A stretch of 64,000 nucleotides of DNA from Deltaproteobacteria bacterium (GTDB lineage Bacteria > Myxococcota > Kuafuiibacteriia > Kuafuiibacteriales > Kuafuiibacteriaceae), in assembly GCA_040218735.1 (NCBI GenBank), contig JAVJQW010000015.1:32001-96000 (forward strand), read 5' to 3'. Position numbers and translations under genes: made by a program. Below the pieces are notes generated by a model. That model had not been told where the DNA came from. It did not search any database and saw nothing but the letters and a program-made list of their open reading frames with translations. The number at the start of each line of letters is the position of its first letter. Position 1 is the stretch's first letter. Below, piece by piece: positions 18,719 through 29,100 of the stretch.

Positions 18719-18751
18719 CCGATGTCGGAGTCTCGCCGTGGTGTTCGGCTG
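18719..18751 (+). promoter_or_regulatory. Putative ECF promoter, copy 2 (drives the fibre-kinase unit)
   Basis: CCGATGTCG-gagtctcgccgtggtg(16)-TTCGGCTG. Confidence 0.7.
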
Positions 18752-18817
18752 CACTCCGGTAACCACGCTGCGCCCGGGTCCGCGACCCAGGCTGGCCCCT
18801 GACCGTAGGAGACCACC

Positions 18818-19972
18818 ATGAATCACTCGACCCGAATCGCGGCGCTCGCGGTTCCGCTTGCCCTGCTCGTCGCCAGCGCCGCCGAGGCTCAGAGCGACGG
18901 CAACCCGGCCACGAGCGACGTGCTCACGAGCGGCCTCGTCGTGCCCTACGACGGGTTCTTGATGCTCGACAACACACCCATGACCGGGAGCTTCAACCTG
19001 CGCTTCGAGCTGTGGGACCACCCGACCCAGACGGGCACGAACCGCCTCGTCTGGTCCGAGAACCAGAGCGTCACCTTCTTCAACGGACGTTTCTCGGTCG
19101 GCCTCGGCGCCGGAACTCAGGTCAGCGCGCGCTCGATGCGGGAGGTCGTCGCCGACGGCGAGAAGCTGTACCTGGCGATCCAGGTCGAGGACGGGAGCGG
19201 TACGCTGGTCCCGCTCAGTGGCCGACAGGCCATCGAGCCGGTGCCGTACGCAGCGTGGAGCGCGAGCGCGGCTGACTTCGACGTCGGCGGCGACCTCACG
19301 GTCGGCGGCCGGCTAACGGCCGGCGCCCCGGGTGTTCAGGTCGTGCTCAACGATGGCGCCGTGTCGGCGTCGGGGCAGATCCAAGCGTCGAGCCTGACCA
19401 CCTCCGGACAGGTCCAGGCGGGCAGCGTCACCACGGCGGGGCAGGTCCAGGCCGGCAGCATGAGCGCCGGGGGACAGCTCCAGGCCGGTAGCCTATCCGT
19501 GACCGGAGGTGTCGCCGTCGGGCAGACGGTCGTCGCACAGGGGAGCATCACGACGTTGGGCGCCATGACCGTGGGTGCCAACGACTTCCGCCTCGGAACG
19601 AACGCCCACGCGAACGGCAACGGCGGGCGTGCGATGGTCGCCGCCGCCAGCGACACGCTGGCCATCAACTTCGGTAACGACTTCAGCGGCGGCACCCGCG
19701 TCGACGGAAACCTCACCTACGGTGGCGTGTTCCGGGGGTGGTCGGTGACCGCCGGGATGGGCCAGTACACCGACGGTAGCCGGAGCCTCGGGGTGACGAC
19801 GAGCGAAGGCGTCTGTTTCCTGACCCTCTTCTCGACGGACCACAACGAACGGGACCCGAGTCCGATGGCCTGTCACGTCTACGTCGACGGCACGACGTGG
19901 CGCCTCGGTAACAGCGAGGCGGGCGGCAACCGCGGCAACGTCGACTGCGAAGCGCGCTGCCTGGTGTTCTGA
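18818..19972 (+). CDS. Secreted fibre/adhesin-like protein
   Basis: Sec signal (AEA|Q); N-terminal domain Y-x-G-x-L...FELWD...W-x-E...G-x-F-x-V-x-LG...RQ-x-I-x-x-VPYA typical of tail-fibre-like secreted proteins; 11-aa shaft repeats; Cys-bonded C-terminal head; RBS AGGAG. Confidence 0.7.
   Translation: MNHSTRIAALAVPLALLVASAAEAQSDGNPATSDVLTSGLVVPYDGFLMLDNTPMTGSFNLRFELWDHPTQTGTNRLVWSENQSVTFFNGRFSVGLGAGTQVSARSMREVVADGEKLYLAIQVEDGSGTLVPLSGRQAIEPVPYAAWSASAADFDVGGDLTVGGRLTAGAPGVQVVLNDGAVSASGQIQASSLTTSGQVQAGSVTTAGQVQAGSMSAGGQLQAGSLSVTGGVAVGQTVVAQGSITTLGAMTVGANDFRLGTNAHANGNGGRAMVAAASDTLAINFGNDFSGGTRVDGNLTYGGVFRGWSVTAGMGQYTDGSRSLGVTTSEGVCFLTLFSTDHNERDPSPMACHVYVDGTTWRLGNSEAGGNRGNVDCEARCLVF
19373..19504 (+). 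repeat. Four tandem 33-bp/11-aa coding repeats (GQ[IVL]QA[SG]S-x4)
   Basis: GQIQASSLTTS GQVQAGSVTTA GQVQAGSMSAG GQLQAGSLSVT. Confidence 0.8.
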
Positions 19973-20036
19973 GTTGAGTGAGCTCTCCCAGGAGGGCGCG
20001 CGCTCGACGCTCTTGAATGATAGGTGTCGGGCCGAC

Positions 20037-22448
20037 GTGTCCAGTCTCACTCGACTCAAGACGCTGTTCGACGAAGCGGTGGATCTGACGCCCGCCGAGC
20101 GGGAGGGACTGCTCGTTCGCGTCGCCGAGTCGGAGCCGGAGCTCGCGGTGCAGCTGCGCGAGCTCCTCTCCCAACTCTCGCTGATGCCGGCGGCGTTCCT
20201 CGAGGACCAAGACGACGACGAGGTCGAGCGTCCGCTGGAACAGCTGGGCCGGTATCGAATCTGCCGGGAGCTCGGTCGCGGCGGGATGGGCGTCGTCTAC
20301 CTCGCGCAGCAGGACGAACCTCGACGCCTCGTTGCGCTCAAGGTCATCCGGCACGCGGAGCTCGCGACGGACGAAGTGAAGCGTCGCTTCGAGGCGGAGG
20401 CCAGTGTGCTCGCTCGGCTCCAGCACCCCGGCATCGCGCACGTCTACGACGCCGGCGCCGTGCTGCTCAACGGCGAGCACGTCCCGTACTTCGCGATGGA
20501 GCTCGTCGAGGGCGACGCGCTCGACCTCTTCGTCGAACGAACCCAAATGGCGCGAAGTGAAGTCCTCTCCCTCTTCGCTCGCATCTGCGACGGGGTCGAG
20601 GCGGCGCACCGACAGGGCATCGTGCATCGGGACCTCAAGCCGGCCAACATCATCGTCGCGTCGGACCCCGCCGGTCCCAAACCGAAGATCTTGGACTTCG
20701 GCGTGGCGCGTGTCCTCGACGGCGAAGACCAGGTCTCGACGATGCACACGCGCGCGGGCGACATCATCGGGACCGTCGGTTACATGAGCCCGGAGCAGCT
20801 CGCGGGGAAGTCGGCCGAGGTCGACGCCCGCGCGGACGTCTACGCTCTCGGCGTGCTGCTCTTCCGACTCCTCACGGGGCGGATGCCGTACGAGCTGCAG
20901 GGCAAGTCGCTCCCGAAGGTCGTCCAGCAGGTCCACGAAGAGGATCCGACGCGCCTCGCGAGCATCTCCTCGGACCTCCGCGGCGACCTCGACGCCATCG
21001 TGAGCACCGCGCTCGAGCGCGACCTCGACCGTCGCTACGCGACCGCAGGAGCGCTCGCAGCCGACATCCGCCGGCACATCAGCAACCAACCGATCGAGGC
21101 GCAGCCGGCCAGCCAAATCTACCTCGCCAAGAAGTTCGTTCGCCGGCACCGCACGCTGGTGAGCGCCGTGGCCCTGACCACGACCGCGTTGGTGTTGGCG
21201 CTGTTCTTCAGCCTGCGTGCGTACTTCGAGGCGGAGCGGGAGCGTGTCTCGAAGGAGCTCGCGCTCGAAACCTCCGACGCGGTGGTGGAGTTCCTCACGG
21301 ACATGTTGAACAGAGCCAGCCCCGAGTCCGGCGATCGCAAGGTCACGGTCGTCGATGCGCTTCGTGCTGCGGAGAAGGACGTGGAGGAACGCTTCGCCGA
21401 CCGACCCGTCGTGGCGGCGCGGATTCAGCACACGCTCGGACACACGTTGTTCCAGCTAGGGGAGCTCGATCGGTCCAAGGCCCAGCTCGAGGCAGCCTTG
21501 CGCCTGCCGAGCGACGAAGAGGAGGCGCTCAATGCCCGGCGCGTGCTTGCGTTGATCGCCTACGAGCAGGGAGACCTCGAGAAGTCCGCGCGCCTGGGCA
21601 ACGCGCTCGTCGCGGACTTCGCGGCGCTGCCGGCCGAAGAGCATGCGGAGCTGTTCGTCCACACGTTGCTCGTCCTGAGTCGGACCGAGGCCCAGCGATC
21701 TCGGTTCGAGGTGGCGGCCGGTCACCTCGACCGAGCGGACGAGATCGTTCGCGAGCTCATCCCGGACGACGAAGAGTTGCTCCTGGGAATCGGCGTCAAA
21801 CGCGCGACATTGTCCGCGCGAAACCTGCAGTGGGACGACGTCATCGCGCGCTACGAGGCCCTCCTTCCGCGGCACCAGCGCCACTTCGGTCCGAAGAACG
21901 TCCGGACCCTCGCGGTCCTCGGCAACCTCGCATCGGGGTACGAGGGCGCCGGAGCGCTGGACAAGGCGATGGCTCTGACCGAGGAGGCCTTGGCCCTTCA
22001 CCTGGAGGTCTACGGCCCCAGCCACCTCTACACGATCAACAACGTGGTTCGGAAAGTTCGGATCCTCGCGGCCCAGGGCCAGGGCGAGGCGGCCCTGAAG
22101 GTCATCGATGAGCAGGGGTACGACGTGTTGCGCGCCGAGGGGCGCGAGGAATCGAAGTTCCCCGTCCAGGTCAGGATGGCGCGCGGACGTGCGCTGACCG
22201 CAGCGGGGCGTACGAAGGAGTCGATCGAGGTGTTCGACGACATCCTCGAAGGCTGCCGGAAGACGAAGTTCGCGGAGTGCATCTACTACACGGCACTCGC
22301 GCTTCTCGAAGCGCTGGAGCGCGCCGGAGAGTCCGAACGGTGGCGCGCGGAAGCGACGACGCTCGCCGACTGGCTCGACGACGCCGTCGGCGCAGAGCAC
22401 GCGCGGGCTAAAAAAGTTCGGGGCATGCTGATTCGGGTCGACGAGTAG
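20037..22448 (+). CDS. Membrane Ser/Thr protein kinase with TPR repeats (PknS-like, ECF-associated)
   Basis: GRGGMGVVY, VALK, HRDLKPAN, DFG, GTVGYMSPEQ; one TM helix then TPR-like helices; start uncertain (19974-20037). Confidence 0.9.
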   Translation: MSSLTRLKTLFDEAVDLTPAEREGLLVRVAESEPELAVQLRELLSQLSLMPAAFLEDQDDDEVERPLEQLGRYRICRELGRGGMGVVYLAQQDEPRRLVALKVIRHAELATDEVKRRFEAEASVLARLQHPGIAHVYDAGAVLLNGEHVPYFAMELVEGDALDLFVERTQMARSEVLSLFARICDGVEAAHRQGIVHRDLKPANIIVASDPAGPKPKILDFGVARVLDGEDQVSTMHTRAGDIIGTVGYMSPEQLAGKSAEVDARADVYALGVLLFRLLTGRMPYELQGKSLPKVVQQVHEEDPTRLASISSDLRGDLDAIVSTALERDLDRRYATAGALAADIRRHISNQPIEAQPASQIYLAKKFVRRHRTLVSAVALTTTALVLALFFSLRAYFEAERERVSKELALETSDAVVEFLTDMLNRASPESGDRKVTVVDALRAAEKDVEERFADRPVVAARIQHTLGHTLFQLGELDRSKAQLEAALRLPSDEEEALNARRVLALIAYEQGDLEKSARLGNALVADFAALPAEEHAELFVHTLLVLSRTEAQRSRFEVAAGHLDRADEIVRELIPDDEELLLGIGVKRATLSARNLQWDDVIARYEALLPRHQRHFGPKNVRTLAVLGNLASGYEGAGALDKAMALTEEALALHLEVYGPSHLYTINNVVRKVRILAAQGQGEAALKVIDEQGYDVLRAEGREESKFPVQVRMARGRALTAAGRTKESIEVFDDILEGCRKTKFAECIYYTALALLEALERAGESERWRAEATTLADWLDDAVGAEHARAKKVRGMLIRVDE

Positions 22449-22479
22449 CGCGCGAGGATCCGCACGAACACCGTGCGCC

Positions 22480-23052
22480 TCACTCGGCGTTGGTGTCGGG
22501 CTCGGTCTTCGTCAGCAGGTTGTGAAGGAAGACCTTCGCGAAGAGCCAGTCACGGTCTGCCGTGCGTTCGGTGATCTCCAGAATCTCGGCCACCTGCTTG
22601 CCGGTGAGGCCTACGAAGAAGCGGAGCATGACGACGCTGTGCGGCCTCGGGTAGTCTCGCTCGAGCCTCTCGAGCGCCTGGGACAGCGCCAGCATGTCGT
22701 CCGCCGGCCCGTCCACGGCGATGTTGAGGTCCTCCGTCGAGACCCGCACCTGATCGCCCCCACGTTTCATCGCGCCTTTGCGGCGAGCGTTCTCCACGAC
22801 GATGTCGTGCATGGCTCGCGCCGCCACGAAGAAGAAGTGCGCTCGGTTCTCGAAGGAAGCCTCCTTGCCGAGCACCCGCATATAGGCTTCGTGCACCAGC
22901 GCCGTGGGCTGGAGGGTGTCGTTCGGCGACACCGTTCGCATCTTCGCCTTCGCGATGGTCTTCAGCTCCGCGTAGACGCGCGGGATGACCTCTTCCATGG
23001 CCTGCTTGTCACCGTCTCGGGCGCGCCCGAGCAGGACCGTCAGCTCACTCAC
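22480..23052 (-). CDS. ECF sigma-70 factor, ECF43/EcfK-like (phosphorylation-activated type)
   Basis: ELTVLL..ARDGD, VYAELK.IA, signature DTLQPTALVHEAY, AARAM..I.V..AR, region 4 LRFFVGLT..VAEIL..ERTADRDW; convergent with the kinase. Confidence 0.9.
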   Translation of the reverse strand: MSELTVLLGRARDGDKQAMEEVIPRVYAELKTIAKAKMRTVSPNDTLQPTALVHEAYMRVLGKEASFENRAHFFFVAARAMHDIVVENARRKGAMKRGGDQVRVSTEDLNIAVDGPADDMLALSQALERLERDYPRPHSVVMLRFFVGLTGKQVAEILEITERTADRDWLFAKVFLHNLLTKTEPDTNAE

Positions 23053-23109
23053 GCCCCCAGTTCTCCGCCATGCCGGAATGCGGCGCAATCCGACCCAAGA
23101 ATTCGCGCA

Positions 23110-23142
23110 CCGATGTCGTAGATTCTTGGGCGGCTGCGGCTG
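23110..23142 (+). promoter_or_regulatory. Putative ECF promoter, copy 3 (drives the TcB-TcC-like gene)
   Basis: CCGATGTCG-tagattcttgggcggc(16)-TGCGGCTG, ending 8 nt before the GTG at 23151. Confidence 0.7.
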
Positions 23143-23150
23143 GCTAAGTC

Positions 23151-26100
23151 GTGATGAAACGACTTCTCCGCTGGCTGCCGATGGCAGCACTGACCACCGT
23201 ATTTGCTGCCTCGGCCTACGCTCAGCACGGCGTCGACGACGACCGCGTGAGCCTGCCGGAAGGGCCGGGCTCGCTCGAAGGCGTCGGAGACGACGTCGAG
23301 CTCGACCCCAACATGGGTTCGATGACCCACGCCGTACCCATCGAGCTCCCCACCGGATTCCCGGGTGCGAGCCCGAGCCTCACGCTGAGTTACAGCTCCG
23401 GCAGTGGCTCCGGCCCGCTCGGGATCGGGTGGTCGATGTCCGTCCCGGCGATCGGCCGCATGACAGTGCGCGGCGCACCCGCCTACGACACCGACGATCT
23501 GTTCGACATTGGCGGTGCCGAGCTGGTCCGCGTCGGTGCCGACGGCGGCGACCTCGTCTACCGCGCCCGCTTCGAGAGCGCCTTCGTGCGCTACCGGTGG
23601 GTGGCCGCCGGCGCCGGCGAAGAGGGCTACTGGGTCGCCGAGAACCCCGACGGCAGCCGGAGCTACTTCGGCGCGACGCCCGACGGCACGCTCGTCCCGT
23701 CCGCCCGCAGGACCCGGCCCCAGGGCGGCACCGCCGAGTACGCGCTCGTGGCCACGGTCGACGTGTACGGCCACGTCGTCTCGTACACCTACAGCCACGT
23801 CAACGGCACGGTCCCGCTCCTCACGGGCGTCACCTGGCTCGACGACGGTTCAGGCGCGGGCGACGTCTACGGCGTCCAGATCGACTACGCGCCGCGCCCC
23901 GACGCGCTGTCGGACGCGAGCCGAGGCTACGACGAGCTGATCGCGGACCGCGTCAGCGACATCACCGTGCTGAACGGCTCCAACATCATTCGCCAGTACG
24001 TGCTCGGCTACCAGGACGACGCCTCTGCGGGCGGCTTCAGCCGGCTCGCGCGCGTGCAGCAGTACGGCACCGGCGGTGCGTCGGTGGGGCGGCTCTACGA
24101 GGTCTCGCCGACGTTCGCGTACTCGCAGGCCCTCGGTGTGGAGTGCAGCGGGAGCGATTGCGACCGGCCCTACCTCGTGGACATGGGGACGATCTCGGGC
24201 TCCGTGAACCTCGCGAACGGCTTCGCGTCCCTCATCGACATCAACGCGGACGGCCTCCCCGACGTCATCGACACGACCGACACCGGCGCGCACCGGTTCT
24301 TCGTCAACCAGCTCAACCCGAACGGCGCGGGCTTCGAACAGGGCTTCTCGAGCGCGAACAGCAGCGCCCTGGGTACGGGCGGCTCGTTCCGTCTCGGCGG
24401 CTCGGGAGAGATCCAGATCTTCGACGTCGACGGTGACGGCAAGAGCGATCTGCTCAACACCAACAACGGTGCGTGGCTTCGAAACGGCGGCGAAGGCGAT
24501 TGGAGTGACGCCAACACACTGGGCGACGTCGCGAGCATCCGCGGTGTCGACTTCGCCGACGTTCGCTTCATCGACATCGACGACGACAAACGCGTGGACA
24601 TCCTCACCTCGAACTCCGTCTCCACGACGCTCTACCGCAACGACGGCACCGGCTTCTCGGTCGACGTCTCGATCATGCCGATCGGCGCTGCGTTCGGGCA
24701 GGGCTCGAACCTTCAGTTCGCGGACATGAACGGCGACGGCCTCAACGATCCGGTCGAGGTTAGGCAGGACGGCACCGTGCGCTACCGCCTCAACCTCGGC
24801 CGTGGTGCGTGGAGCACGAACGACCAGGGCAACTGGCGGACGATCCCGGGCCTGTCCATCAACGCTGCGGATCTGTCGAGGACCGACCTCGAAGACGTCA
24901 ACGGCGACGGGATCGCCGACGTGATCATCGTGGGGCAGACGAACATCCGGTACGCCCTCAACCGCAACGGCGACCGTTTCGACGACTTCCAGACGATCGA
25001 CTCGACGGACATCACCGGGGACCTCCCGGAGCGCGTGCAGGGCACGACGGTGCTGTACGCGGACATGAACGCCAACGGCTCGACCGACGTGGTGTGGTTC
25101 ACGCCGAGCGGCCAGGTCACGTACCTCGAGCTCTTCCCGCGACGCCCGAACCTGCTCACGCAGATCACGAACGGCATCGGCGCCGTGCAGACGATCCGCT
25201 ACACGACGGCGGCGGAAGAGGCGGCGCGCGCTGCGGCGGCTGGCGATCCGTGGGCCCGCCGACTTCAAATCCCGATGCAGCTCGTCGCCAGCATCGATCG
25301 CTACGTGACCCTCACCGGTGACGCCGACGGAAGCGGTCTGCACGAGATCACGACGGTGAGCTATCGGGACGGCTTCTACGACGGCCAAGAGAAGCAGTAC
25401 CGCGGCTTCGAGCGGGTCGAGACGGTGATCGCCGCCGACGCGTACCAGGAAGAAGCCCGCGTCGTGCAGACCTTCGACGTCGGTCGCGCCGCGCCCCACC
25501 GCAGTGGGCTTCAGCTGAGCACCGAGGTGTCGAGCGATGGCCGCACTCTGAGTGAGACGACCCTTGCGTTCGAGGACTGCGATCTCGACGAGGTCCCCGC
25601 CGCCGCCGCCTTGGAGGCGCAGGGCAGGATGGGTGTCTACTTCGTTTGCAACCGCGCGACCGAGATCATCTTCAAGGAGGGGCTCCAGAGCGCGTCGGAC
25701 TGGAAGACGGTCCGCACCGAGATGACGTACGACGGCTACGGTAACGTGACGCTCGAGGCGGGCCTCGGCGTCGTCGACGTGACCGGCGACGAGCTGTACA
25801 CCGAGACGCAGTACGTCGTGCCCTCGTCGCGCTGGCTGATCGGCCTCCCGTCGCGACAGCGCGTCTACGACGACCCGGCGAACACCGACTTCACCGAGAC
25901 GCTCACCTACTACGATGGTGACGCGTTCGTGGGCCTCCCCCTCGGCGAGGCGACCGAGGGCTTCGTCAGCCGCGTGACTCAGAAGGTCGACCAGGCCGGC
26001 GCCGTCGTGAATGCGCTCCGCGCCGAACGCGACGCCCACGGCAACGTGGCGGTCGAGATCGATCCCAACGGCTCGGTGTCCGACGCGAACACCCACCGGC

Positions 26101-29100
26101 GAACGTACGCGTACGACGAGACTGGGTTCTTCCTCGTGGGCACCGATCTGCACAACGTCGACCCGGACGGACAGCCCTATCGGCTCCGCCGCGAGTCGCT
26201 GTACGAGCGCAACTTCCAGCGCGTCGCCGAGGCGACGAAGTGGATGCGCGTGGAGGGCGGCGTGGTGACGACCAGCCGCGACGCCACAAGCATGCGCTAC
26301 GACGAGCTGGGTCGCCTGATCGCGCAGCTCGCGCCGAACGACGACCTCGACAAGCCGTCGATGGTCGTCACGTACGACCTCGGCGCCGACCTCACGACGG
26401 TTCGCATCCAGACCCGTTCGCAACCCAACGGCGCGCTCGACGAAGAGCACGTGCTGTGCATGGACGGTAAGGGTCGCGAGTATCAGGACCGCGTTCGGAC
26501 CGAATCCGGGAAGTATCAGGTCTCCGGTTTTGTGGCGTACAACGCCCGCGGCGCCCCGGTGGAGGTGTGGCAGCCCTTCGTGTCGAGCAGCGCCGACTGC
26601 GAGTTGACCGCGCCCGCCACGGCGCTCGTCCACACCAGCCGCTACGACGCGATCGGCCGCACGGTCGAGGAGACGGAGCCGGGCGAGCGCGTCTACGGCA
26701 ACGTCCTCGTGTCCAAGAAGGTCTACCGCCCGCTCGTCGTCGAGACCTACGACGCCGAGGATACTTCCTCGTCGGGCCCGCACGCGGACACGCCGACGAT
26801 CCGAACCGAAGATGGCCTCGGGCGCTTGCTCCGCATCGAGCGGACCGCAGTGGAGAACGGGCAGCGCGTCGCGTCGGGCGACCGCGCGCACTACGACAGC
26901 ACGGGCACCTTCTCGGGCTATACCAACGCCAACGGTGAGCGGCACCTGCTGACCACCGACCTGCTCGGGCGCACCGTGCAGGTGACCAACTCGAACCTCG
27001 GAACGGTGACCTACCGGTACGACGATGCGTCGAACATCGTGTCCATCACCGACGGCCGCGGTGTGGTGCAACGTCGGGCCTACGATGGTCTGAACCGCAT
27101 CGTCGAGCGTTGGGACGACGCGAACCGCGACGGCAGCCTCGTGACCTGGAGCTACGACCGGCTCCCCTCGGACTGCGATCGCACGGAGTGCACGAACCTC
27201 GCGGGCGAGCTGGCGGCTCTGCGTTACCCGGTGGCGCTGGTCGACGGCACGCGCGTCGAAGGGCAGGACCGCTTCGGTTACGACGTGCAGCGTCGGAACG
27301 TCTTCGCGGGACGTCGAATCGGGACCATTGCCGACTTGTCGAACCGAACCCGGTTCGACCACCGCGACCGCGTCGTGTCGCGAACCTTCGCGGACGGAAC
27401 GGAGCTGACCTATACCTACGATGACTCGGGTCGACTCGAGAGCATCCCGGGTTATGTCGAGCGCGTCACGTACGAGGACCGCAACTTGCTCGGGACCATC
27501 GAGCTCGCGAACGCCGCGCGCACCGAGATGACCTACGACGACCTGATGCGCTTGGCCACGCTCCGTCACCTGGACGGCGCGGGCGCCGAGGTCAACTCGC
27601 TGTCGTACACGCACGACCGCGCGGACAACGTGACGGGGGTGGATGACGTTGCGGCGGGCGCGGTGGATCTATCGCGGACCTACGCGCTGGACGCCTGGTA
27701 CCGCGCGACGGCGGCGAACCACGCAGGGCGCACCGACACCTTCGGATACGACGTCGTCGACCGGGTCATGGTACGCAACGACGCCGCCCAGACCTACGAC
27801 GGTCTGCGGGTGCTGGCGATGACCGCGTCGGGCGACCTGCGCATGGCGTACGATGACGCCGGCAACCTCGTCTCCCGCAGCGGCATGACGTTCGACCGCG
27901 ACGAGCTCGGTCGTATCCGCGGCATCACCCGCGACGAGGTGACGGCGGCGCACGCCTACGCGGACGAGGATCGCGTCCTGCAGATGACGAGCGATGGCAC
28001 GTTGGTGATGTACGGCTTCGACGGGTACGTGGTTCGCGACGGCGTCGGGACGGTGTTCGTCGAGGTGCAGGACGGTCGCGTAGCGCGGCGCGAGGGCATC
28101 GAGCTGGGCGCCGCGATCTACGGCGACCCCAACGGCAACAGCAAGGTCGACGCGTTCGATGCGCTCACGCCGAACCCCGGTCTGAGCACGAGCCACGGCC
28201 TGGCGGCGGCGGCGGCGCGTGTCCTCGTCGACGCGGAGGATGCAAAGACCTTCCTTCACACGGATCACCTCGGGAGCTTCGTGCTGGCCACCGACGCGGG
28301 CGGCGCGGTGCGCGGCGAGCAGTCCTTCGGCGTGCACGGGCAGCGACTGGCTTCGCAGGGCTACGTGAGCGCCTACGGCTTCACGGGCCAGGAGCACGAT
28401 GTCAGCACCGGTTTCGTGCACATGACCTTCCGTGAGCTCGATCCGGCGACGGGGCGGTGGGATCGGTTCGACCCGCTCTTCGTGAACCTGACCGCGGACC
28501 AGATGGGCGCGCTCGGCGAGGCCACCTCCGGCTACGCCTACGTCGCGAACAACCCGGGCAACGGCGTGGATCCGACGGGTCTGAAGGACGACAAGAAGAA
28601 GAAGGGTGCCAAGAAGAACAAGAAGAAGGCGGCGAAGCCGTTCGGGAAGCGAAACGAGATCGGAATGCAGAGCTACAATGGCCCCGTTCGTCAGCGCCGC
28701 GGAGCGCTGCTCGACACGTCGACGAAGACCAAGAACATCAAGTCGTCGAAGTTCGCTATTCAGAAGCCCAAGGGTCCCTCGAAGCAGGTGATGGCGCAGA
28801 AGGACAAAGACTTCTCCGACATGCTGAAGACCTTCAGCGCCGCCAACGACATGTACAACGACGACGCCTTCAAACAGATGAAGGTTGATTCGGTGAAGAA
28901 GGCGAAGAAGCAGAAGATGATGAAGTTCAAGCAGAACGCCAAGAAGTACGGCACCAATCTGGACGCTGCGTTGAAGGCGAGCCAGAAGCTCTTCGACGAC
29001 GGAGCGGACTTCGCGCCTGTGGACCTCAATCCGATTTCGGCGGATGACCAGTACAAGTTGAAGATGACGGTGAAGCTGACGTACTTCCTGGACAACCAGT

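Noticed and set aside
23850-27614. 1254-aa minus-strand ORF
   Set aside because: Antisense shadow of the SpvB/Rhs gene with no recognisable motifs.
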